In this document: in pieces, positions 39,269 to 48,846 of the stretch
How the letters are laid out: every line of letters begins with the position of its first letter
How positions within the stretch are numbered: the stretch's first letter is position 1
NCBI GenBank assembly: GCA_025201805.1
Contig: MU619270.1
Span: forward strand, 166,257 to 230,256
Direction: 5' to 3'
DNA: 64,000 nucleotides
From: Parasitella parasitica NRRL 2501
Taxonomy: Eukaryota; Fungi; Mucoromycota
The notes under the pieces: generated by a model
The model's database searches: none
What the model saw: the letters and a program-made list of their open reading frames with translations, nothing else
Told to the model about the DNA's origin: nothing
Program-made: the position numbers and the translations under genes

Positions 39269-39905
39269 GGGCAATACCGTGAGATACGCACCATTCATGG
39301 TGTTATTTTTCCATCGTCCCAGACGACATATTTGGTCTTCATGAACACCAGCCAGATCTGCCAGAATGGCAGAGGAGCTACCACGACCCGACATGCGTCT
39401 TGCTTTTTGAAAAAATATTGGCGCCACTGAGCCCTCTTGAAATCGCATCCTTATGGCTGGAATATTTCCAGGCAACAGTGAGTTGGTGCTCGTCTGACTT
39501 GAAGATCCTGGTAAAGTACCAGTCGGGTGAGGTTGTAAAGTTAGGAAACGGCTCATTTTCCATATGAAAACGCCAAAACATGTATAATCCAAGGGCCATT
39601 ATTGGACAGACTTCTACTCTGTTACTTCTCATACATCCACCAAGTTCAAGACAATTGTTTTTGTTTGTTTTTCCACGTCTTAAAATCATTACTAAAGCTG
39701 GACATTTAACATCTGGTCTCATGCTTTTATTTTCAAGTTTGACTGTTTGAAAATTGTTAATTCTGCCATGATGATCGACTGACTTCTCGACAAAAAGTAA
39801 TGGGAAAAAAGAAAAGCAGCAAAGGCTTTTAGATTTGAACCATGATCACGGTTTTGATCCATATAGCTAGAATTTGACAACGTTTGCAACTTGATTGATG
39901 GATGT
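39269..39905 (-). mobile_element. Crypton-type tyrosine recombinase (Ndc10_II-like) fragment, inverted copy
   Basis: Reverse complement of 43800-44436. GKTN...MRS...CPIMALGLYMFWRF, KTHVGR, LGRW, GAY. Confidence 0.8.
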
Positions 39906-40287
39906 TGCTATTGCGATAAAAAAATATAATAAAAAAAGCAGCGGAAAGAATATACAATATTATAACTCTTCGATATTTATTCAAAGTTAAAAATGTAAGC
40001 CAAGATCCATCAAGTTGAAAGATCTTGGATGTATTTATATAAAATATAATCTGTATATTTCATGTTACTAATGCAGTAACTGGAATGTCTCCAATTTAGG
40101 CTTCTTGGGAAAGCAGTAACGATTGTGGTTCATAAGGAGCACAAAGGTGTACAATTGTCTTTATATGTTGAATGTTAATGGTGATATTTGTCATGTTCAA
40201 TGTTGTTCTCAAGGACACGGTTCTTAATAAAGAAATGTCTTACTAATTCAAATAAGATGTGTGAAAGACTGCCAGTAGTTCACATCA
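39906..40287 (-). mobile_element. LTR family B (382 bp) truncating the Gypsy pol, no TSD
   Basis: TGATGTGAAC...ATAGCA. Reverse complement of 43418-43799 with one visible SNP. Confidence 0.85.
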
Positions 40288-41285
40288 GTCTCCTTTTCTG
40301 AGAACGAGAGAAATCCATATGGTTTCTTGTAAATTGGTTTGTGATTACCAGTATCGACATGAAATTTCAATAAATTGGTGGTTGACATATGTTCGTAGCC
40401 TGATCCGAAACAATCCTTGAACTCGTTGATCACATTTACCAAATGTTCCTTGTCCTCCCTGGTAATGTTGTCTTGCTTCATAATTCCCTCTACCAAACGG
40501 CCTAGTCGCTTCTCCGGGTCTTCGACAGGCCCAAACGGTGGCTTGCTTGTCTCATTTTCCTCATCAGAAGCTTCCATTATCAGATAGCCTTCCTCACTAT
40601 CGTCTTGGTCCAGGTACTCTTCTTCTTCCGAGTACTCGGAGAGATCCTCGTCTTGTGGTTGCTCGTCCTCAGTATCAGGGCCTTCTCTATGCGGGTTCTT
40701 GACGTAATGTACCTCCAAGGGATGGAGAGCTTCATTAGACTTGATATACAAATAATGGGTCGACCAGTCTGCTATATTAAGAGCATGAAGTCCTTCACGA
40801 CCCACAATAAAGTCATACTTGTCCCCGACATCGAAGCTCAATGCGCTAATGGATACTAGCTGAGAATTACCCACACGCAGTTGGAGGTTCTTCCTGGCTA
40901 TCCCAATACATTCTCGCGACTTGCCGTCACCGAATATAACCGAAGCACTAGTCTTTTCCACTTCTGTAATACCTAGTTCCCTGAGGAAATTTAAGCTGAC
41001 GATATATGAGGTGCAACCACCATCCAGTATCAATTTACATGGCTTCCCGTTTACGCTGCCAAATGCTCTGGGAGCACTCTTGCCTTTGGGTGGAGTAGTA
41101 CCAGTTTCCCCGATGAGCACTTGAGTAGCATCGTCGAGTTTCTTTTTCTCCTTCGTTCTACGACCGGATTGCGGCTTGGTCAATGTCTGCTTGATCATTG
41201 TACGGGCTGCTGGAGATAAGGCAGCAACATCTCTGACTGACATGGGTATAACCGTTTCGTTGACAATGTGGTGCACAATACGTTC

Positions 41286-41650
41286 TGATGTGAATTACTG
41301 GCAGTCTTTCACACATCATATTGAATTAGTAAAGCAGATCTTAGTTTTTGACTAAGATCCTGAGAATAAAGCATTAATAATAAGAATTATACCATTAATA
41401 TTATACATTTAAAGACGATTGTACAGCTTGTACTCCACATTAATCAAGCACTGCTTACTGCTTTCCCATGAAGCTTAATTTAATCAAGATCAAGTTATTA
41501 CATTAGTAACTTGAATTCACTATATTTTACTTTACTATAAATAAGATGAAGTTCAAGGAGCTAACCAGAACTTCACGTACATTTTAACTTTAATAAATTC
41601 AAGAAGAGTTATAATTGTATTTTTCTAAGCTTTTTTTAATTTTTATAGCA
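41286..41650 (+). mobile_element. Solo LTR family B, diverged copy (365 bp), TSD CGTTC, inserted in gag-pol
   Basis: TGATGTGAAT...ATAGCA. CGTTC at 41281-85 and 41651-55. Removing it restores the reading frame NNVERIVHHIVNE. Confidence 0.93.
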
Positions 41651-42847
41651 CGTTCGACGTTGTTCATGGCTCTCGCTTCCTTGTCACCAGGCTGCCCCTT
41701 GGGTAATAGCGGATGAATAGGTTGCTTCTGTGGTACCATAATGTTTCTCGTGGCTGGTTGCTCAGCAGTTTGAATATTAGCGCTACCACTCGTGGTTGAT
41801 CGCCTTGATGACGGTTCGCTCATTTCTGCATCATCTCCCTCCTCAATTGCCCGAGTTTTAACCTGTAGGGTGCCATATACGAGACCAGACCTAGTGACAC
41901 GGGGAGCCCGCTTTGCACGAGCTTGTGATACTAATTCGTTCCCAGAGACTTCCGATAGTCTTCTCTTTTCAGCTAGTAACGCGTCTTCTTTAATCAACAT
42001 GGCCTCTGATTGGCCTAACGATTGATTCGCACCATCTTGTGAGAATGCAGGTACCGATCTGCGGCCTTGGTACTGAGAGCATTGGAAGTGTACGTGATCT
42101 GGACTTTTGCAAATTTTACACGGGTTCTTGCAATTTTGAGCAATGTGGTCTTCTTCTTGACAGTTGTAGCAGTTAACCTTTCTACGTTTAGGGGCATCAG
42201 CTTGACCGGTTTGTTCCTTACGGCCATTGCAAATCTCTTCCACGATCATAATAAGGGCCATATCCTTAAATTGAACGGTAAGGTCGTCCACATCGTAGGA
42301 CTTTCCAGATTTCTTATCCTTGATGACCCGTTTTCCGGCAGAATCCTTATTCTTTACGTTTGGTTCCGAGTCTGTAGTACCCTCACTATCGCTTGCGTCT
42401 GACTCAGTGTCAGTGTCATCATAGATATCTCGTAGAACGTTATACAGGCTTTGTAATTTGTTATTCTTTCTATATTTGATGAAGCGCTTGATACTTTTGT
42501 CAGTAATACCCTTGATGATAAAGTATTTGAGAAAACCAGTTTCCGTAATAATCAGCTCTATTACGTCTTCGTCCTTGGCCTCCGAAGTGCTTGACGCGGA
42601 TTCCACACCCTGAGGAGTGGTTGGCTTGACATCTTGATTCATAATTTTTCTCTTGATAACTTCCGTTTGATAAGCATTTTCTCTTGTTTTCGAATCTGGT
42701 GATGTAGTCCGTGATCTTTTCTCCATCGCGCATCTTGAAGGTCGTAATATCAGACACCACTTTGTTCAAATCAACCTTCTTTACATGCTTCGCCAGTAAT
42801 TCAGCATTGAATCTTGCGAAGGTCTCAAATTGCCTTTTCATGCACCA

Positions 42848-43102
42848 TGATTTATCAGAAAAGTTCAAGTAGAAATTAATCAGGTAAAGATCCGTTTATT
42901 ACATTCAAAAATAGAGGGTTTATATACTTTCTATGAACTGAGGGAAGCGATGTGAGGATAAAGGTTTTAGTGATGAGATCAGGGAGATAGGATAGATTGT
43001 ATCTATCCCAAATGTCATGTCATATTATTTTATGATCTGATGTTTTACTCTTGAGTATGAGTTTATATTATATTGACATCCGGTTTTAGAATTGATACAT
43101 CA
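42848..43102 (-). mobile_element. Solo LTR family C (255 bp), TSD CACCA, inserted in gag
   Basis: Minus strand TGATGTATCA...TGATAAATCA with TATATAAA and AATAAA. CACCA at 42843-47 and 43103-07. Gag motifs on both sides. Confidence 0.88.
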
Positions 43103-43183
43103 CACCAAAACTAATTTTTCATCCTCGACCCATTTGTTGACCTTAGCGATCTTCTCGAACCGGAAAAACCAATGGTTCGAGTC

Positions 43184-43273
43184 TGATGTGTCAATTTCCC
43201 AACCGGAAGTCAAACTCAAGTAAACTCAATCCTGAACACAATTCAGGAACATATCCCAATGGATCATGTTCCT
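43184..43273 (+). mobile_element. LTR family C, 5' part, runs into gap
   Basis: TGATGTGTCAATTTCCCAACCGGAAGTCAAACTCAAGTAAACTCAAT matches the reverse complement of 61438-61526. Confidence 0.8.
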
Positions 43274-43417
43274 NNNNNNNNNNACACATTGTGAAATTAC
43301 TAGTAAAAAATATATAAAAAATACTTTTTAAAACTGTTATTTATTTTTTAGATGAAGCTCATCAAAATGTCAATTAAAAACTATCTTTTTATACTAGTTT
43401 TTCCAAGGGTAAATGAT

Positions 43418-43799
43418 TGATGTGAACTACTGGCAGTCTTTCACACATCTTATTTGAATTAGTAAGACATTTCTTTATTAAGAACCGTGTCCTTGAAAAC
43501 AACATTGAACATGACAAATATCACCATTAACATTCAACATATAAAGACAATTGTACACCTTTGTGCTCCTTATGAACCACAATCGTTACTGCTTTCCCAA
43601 GAAGCCTAAATTGGAGACATTCCAGTTACTGCATTAGTAACATGAAATATACAGATTATATTTTATATAAATACATCCAAGATCTTTCAACTTGATGGAT
43701 CTTGGCTTACATTTTTAACTTTGAATAAATATCGAAGAGTTATAATATTGTATATTCTTTCCGCTGCTTTTTTTATTATATTTTTTTATCGCAATAGCA
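43418..43799 (+). mobile_element. LTR family B (382 bp), no TSD
   Basis: TGATGTGAAC...ATAGCA with TATAAATA and AATAAA. Flanks ATGAT and ACATC differ. Confidence 0.85.
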
Positions 43800-45096
43800 A
43801 CATCCATCAATCAAGTTGCAAACGTTGTCAAATTCTAGCTATATGGATCAAAACCGTGATCATGGTTCAAATCTAAAAGCCTTTGCTGCTTTTCTTTTTT
43901 CCCATTACTTTTTGTCGAGAAGTCAGTCGATCATCATGGCAGAATTAACAATTTTCAAACAGTCAAACTTGAAAATAAAAGCATGAGACCAGATGTTAAA
44001 TGTCCAGCTTTAGTAATGATTTTAAGACGTGGAAAAACAAACAAAAACAATTGTCTTGAACTTGGTGGATGTATGAGAAGTAACAGAGTAGAAGTCTGTC
44101 CAATAATGGCCCTTGGATTATACATGTTTTGGCGTTTTCATATGGAAAATGAGCCGTTTCCTAACTTTACAACCTCACCCGACTGGTACTTTACCAGGAT
44201 CTTCAAGTCAGACGAGCACCAACTCACTGTTGCCTGGAAATATTCCAGCCATAAGGATGCGATTTCAAGAGGGCTCAGTGGCGCCAATATTTTTTCAAAA
44301 AGCAAGACGCATGTCGGGTCGTGGTAGCTCCTCTGCCATTCTGGCAGATCTGGCTGGTGTTCATGAAGACCAAATATGTCGTCTGGGACGATGGAAAAAT
44401 AACACCATGAATGGTGCGTATCTCACGGTATTGCCCAGGGAGGCCATGCGTGGTGTCATGGCTGGATTTACCATCCACCAAGGGCATCCTTGCTTGGATC
44501 CACCTGAAGAGCTGACGCGGTTGATATTCCCTGAACTTGATGCATGGAACGCAAGAATGATCGAAAAAAAACACAATCCGAACAATTGAGATCCCATGCA
44601 GATCACAGTGGCAGCAAAAGCTTGCTTTGAGCTATTTTACATGTGTTGAGGAAGACCATCATACAAGTCTCTGTAGTAATGATGGACAACAAGTTTCCAA
44701 ATCATCCTTTGTTGTGGACGAACGAGATCTTTAATAATCAAATGTTTCTAGATTACAAGGAGTAAGTTTTTTATTCCAATGTCTATTGTCCTTTTATTTT
44801 GATACCTAATCAAAATATTGTTAATTAGACGCATGAAAGCCATATCATCATCAATCAAAACAACAACCCTGCTCATACTACGCTATTACAACGATCCATC
44901 CCTATAGTGAAAGAACGCTTTAGGGCATTATACATAGCGATCTATCTACCAGAATAAACGAGCAAGCAAGATGTCTGGAATGACTACATTACTCGTTTAG
45001 TCACTGGTCAAGCTAGTGTCAATCTCACAGTGAATCTTCCCACTCTCAACCAAATAATTTGTGCTAACAACACCATTCCATTCACAGCAACGGCTG
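43800..45096 (+). mobile_element. Crypton-type tyrosine recombinase pseudogene (Ndc10_II-like)
   Basis: AFLFSHYFLSR, GKTN, CPIMALGLYMFWRF, H-x-x-R (THVGR), LGRW, catalytic Tyr in MNGAYLTVLPREAMR, PPEELTRLIFP. Frameshifts, stops and a probable intron near 44762-44828. Confidence 0.85.
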
Positions 45097-45510
45097 TGTT
45101 GGGTTAAAAAGATAATAAAAACCAAATGTTAACGAGATACGAAAACTTGAAGATACTTTATTTAAGATCGAAATTGCATCTGCTATTTATACTTTTTACA
45201 ACAACTACATAAATTTATGGTGACTTATTTAGATTATTACTAATTGACAAGACTAATTCACAGTGACAATCTACTTGGCAGGGTACGATATGAGGTTATA
45301 CAGCAAGGGCTACACGTCTTTGATCTGACAGAGCCTTAACCTTTATCCTGGTGCTCAGATCTGTGTTACTTACAGGAATAACCTTCTTGATTTGAAACAG
45401 AGACTTTATTCTCCATTTACACAAGCGTATCACATCACATCATTGGACAATCTTCAATCTTCAACTGAAGTACATTGCCATGATCTCCTGTCTATAATTA
45501 TGACAGATCA
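45097..45510 (-). mobile_element. LTR family A (414 bp), no TSD
   Basis: Reverse complement of 38106-38517 with scattered differences. Flanks GGCTG and CAATG differ. Confidence 0.88.
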
Positions 45511-46238
45511 CAATGTAAATCCCTGATTTACCACGCACATTGGATTTTAACCGCTTGGTCTTGCTACAAGAAGGTCTATGGCATTTTATTGATATAACAG
45601 CCTCAATATTCAAGTAAAGTGGGAAGATTATGATTTATTTTTTAGTTGTGTTTATTATGTTTTTTATCAAAAAAAAAAGTGCTGAAAAATTATAAATCGA
45701 GCGATTAATTTGGCTAAGTCAACCCCAAAATCTTAAAAACAAAAAAACAGGGTTTCCCCCTGTTTTGATGTTAGGCGGAATTTGAAATTCGACCAAAAAT
45801 AGAAATTGGTAGAATTTCAATGAATACCCCCCCTCAATAGCCGAAAAATGCCTTACCACACTTTACAGCTTCGGATAAAATGGCCCATCTCAAANNNNNN
45901 NNNNNNNNNNNNNNNNNNNNNNNNNNNNNNNNNNNNNNNNNNNNNNNNNNNNNNNNNNNNNNNNNNNNNNNNNNNNNNNNNNNNNNNNNNNNNNNNNNNN
46001 NNNNNNNNNNNNNNNNNNNNNNNNNNNNNNNNNNNNNNNNNNNNNNNNNNNNNNNNNNNNNNNNNNNNNNNNNNNNNNNNNNNNNNNNNNNNNNNNNNNN
46101 NNNNNNNNNNNNNNNNNNNNNNNNNNNNNNNNNNNNNNNNNNNNNNNNNNNNNNNNNNNNNNNNNNNNNNNNNNNNNNNNNNNNNNNNNNNNNNNNNNNN
46201 NNNNNNNNNNNNNNNNNNNNNNNNNNNNNNNNNNNNNN

Positions 46239-46398
46239 TGAATTAGTCTTGTCAATTAGTAATCTAAATAAGTCACCATAAATTTATGTAATTGTAAAAA
46301 GTATAAATAGCAGATGCAATTTCGATCTTAAATAAAGTATCTTTAGTTTTCGTATCTCGTTAACCTTTGGTTTTTATTTTATCTTTTTTGATCCAACA
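46239..46398 (+). mobile_element. LTR family A, 3' part, emerging from gap
   Basis: Matches 38356-38517 and ends GATCCAACA. Confidence 0.85.
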
Positions 46399-46948
46399 AG
46401 TTATGTGCAAAATCACTTTGGTGTTTGGGCTGTCGAACTTTGAAATCGATGATAATGTGATTTTTTTGTTTGCTGTGGTTTTGTGCGAAGTTTCAATATT
46501 TATTTTGCTAAAGTTTTTTAATGTTATTCAGGAGTGTTGACAGATATCAATTCTGAAACCAGGCAAAAAATTAGCATGAAACCATGTGAGATCTAGAATA
46601 TGAGGTATAGAAATGTTTTCCAGAATGGATAGATTGTTAGTTCAAACATTTCCTCATGATTTCTACTAAAGAAACCATAAAATTTGGATCGAACCTGGAA
46701 AACATTGGGATAGGATTATGATATAAAAGCAATTATATTCATATAAATATTGATAATCAACAGAAATGAGAAAATAATTAAATCTACTTTTGCCAGAAGC
46801 AAAAATAATGACGTTATTGATTGAGAAGAAATTGTCTCTTTATACAAAATAAATTCACATGAATTCATTATTAATACACTTAGATCATGTTTGGCATTTA
46901 ATTTTTTATTGTATTCTTATGATTGTGTATGGCATTTAATCAAAAATA

Positions 46949-48493
46949 TTATATAAAGCTTTGGACTGAATTAACAGCAATAGCAAAACCTAGGAAGAAT
47001 AAATTATACATTGGATCTATTAAGATGATCGATGCAGAACTCGACGCTGATTTTACGGCAGGATAGTTCACCATGTTTTCATTATCACCAGGTCGAAGGC
47101 TTCCTACTGCTTGATTTCCATTTGGCCTTGGAGGTTCAGGTACATCTAGAGTAGGGAAAACCCAAGATTCTTCCCAATAAGGATGAGGATCGTTGATACA
47201 TTGATGGATGGGCATGACATTAAAAGCCTTTTGTAATTCAGGAAGCCATTTCTCGGACATGAGAATAGTCACATTACTGTTTTCGTGTTGCTAATTGCGT
47301 GTGCATGTATATATATACATATTGATATGAATACTGTTAGTTTAGGGTTCTACTGTGTCTGAATGTGGAAACCTTACCAAGGTAATGTGGCCATGTTCTG
47401 TATCTTTGCCAGTGATACGATTCTTGATCCAGGTTTTAAAGTAACCATCAACTACCTCGCCTTTCAAATCACCCATTCCTTTGGTAACAAACTAAGAAAT
47501 AGCAAAAATGAGCATTCACACATATCTTTAGATAAAGGCTTACCAGTTTCCAATCATTTGAATCCTGATCCCAAAGAATAGTTCTCATCCCCATCTGATA
47601 AGCGATAGCACGGACACGGTCATCAACATCGCCATAAGGTGGTCTCCAGCATTTTGGTGTAATGCCCATAGTTTCTTTAATAGCTTTATGGGTCCAATAC
47701 AATTGAGCAACAATTTCCTCGTTGGTGAGAGTCGTCATTTGAGGATGAGACCATGTATGAGAGCAGATTGTGTGGCCATCGTTCAAAGATCGTTGAGCCG
47801 CATCTGGGAAATTGATTACGTTTGATCCAACAACTATAGGAAAAAATTAGTTGAAATACTTTTTTTGTTTTTTGGAAATGGAGAATAAGACATACAAAAT
47901 AGGGTTGCTTTTTGCTTTCCTTTCTCTACCAAGTAATTGTAGAATCGAGGTTGATCAAACTCTTTGTCCTTGTCAGAAGTCGGCCACCACATTTTGTACG
48001 GACCATCATCGTAATTGAGACCCCAGTGGCCTTTTGTAGGGCAAATAGAAATATCTTCAGGAATATAACTGACTTTGGGCTTCTTGCAAAGGCTTGCTGA
48101 CCACCAGCAGTCTGGATCGTCGGGGCTATAGTCCTTCGTGTCGAATGCCCAATTTTTGACAATGCGTGGTTTTGATTTGGGAACTTTGCTGAAATCAATG
48201 TGCTTAAGAGTTGCTTGTACTTCAGGATGGTCAACAGGAGGCTGCTTATTAGGCTCAGGATAAGCAGATAAATCCAGTTTGAATGGTTCCTTCGGTAATG
48301 GACCCGCTTTGATATCGTCGTTCCGGGGATACCATTGTGCTACGTTTGTCGGTACTTTGACATTAGCCAGCCAAACAGGCGAGGCTTGCACAAAATCAGC
48401 CGAACCTGCTTTTGTGGCATCATTTGTGGTTGCAGATGTTGCTCTTGCGAGGGCTAAATTTGCTGTAAATACTGCTATCCAATATAGCATCAT
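46949..48493 (-). CDS. Chitin deacetylase (CE4), secreted, probably GPI-anchored
   Basis: Signal peptide, CWWSASLC, NYDDGP, KATLF/VVGSNV, SHTWSHP, WRPPYGDVDDRVR, DSNDW, ITL/QHE, hydrophobic C-terminus. Confidence 0.92.
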
Positions 48494-48846
48494 TTTTGCT
48501 ATTGCTCTACATGAAATAGGCAACTGTCATTTTTATACTACCTTTTTTTTTTTTTTTCTACCCAAACAAACAATTTGTTATTTTCAAAACAAACTTTTGA
48601 TTATTTGCTCTCANNNNNNNNNNNNNNNNNNNNNNNNNNNNNNNNNNNNNNNNNNNNNNNNNNNNNNNNNNNNNNNNNNNNNNNNNNNNNNNNNNNNNNN
48701 NNNNNNNNNNNNNNNNNNNNNNNAAAAAAGATAGTTTTGTGTGTTTGGTGTATGGAAATCTAGATGTATAGGAATTTTGATATGGAGAAGAGGAAGAAAT
48801 ATATATATAAAACAAAAGAGCGATAATAAAGAATTAAAGATGTGAA

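Larger units (their letters stand above)
40288..43183 (-). mobile_element. Ty3/Gypsy gag-protease-RT N-terminus, disrupted
   Basis: Gag motifs WFFRFEKIAKVNKW and GEKITDYITRF. Two CCHC knuckles, CYNCQEEDHIAQNC and CKICKSPDHVHFQC. Aspartic protease LILDGGC...FIVGRE. RT lead-in FHVDTGNHKPIYKKPY. Confidence 0.9.

Noticed and set aside
42833-42847. TGGTGCAT directly after LTR-C, resembling a tRNA-Gly primer-binding site
   Set aside because: CACCA is duplicated on the other side of the LTR and gag motifs continue beyond it, so it is a TSD in coding sequence.
43418-45096. LTR element that has captured a Crypton as its internal domain
   Set aside because: There is no TGG primer-binding site after the LTR and no matching second LTR-B in direct orientation.
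38106-45510. A single DIRS-like or giant TIR element bounded by inverted LTR-A copies, carrying gag and a tyrosine recombinase
   Set aside because: The left LTR has its own TSD, the gag has a Gypsy-type protease, the recombinase is Crypton-type, and the parts are better explained as independent nested insertions.
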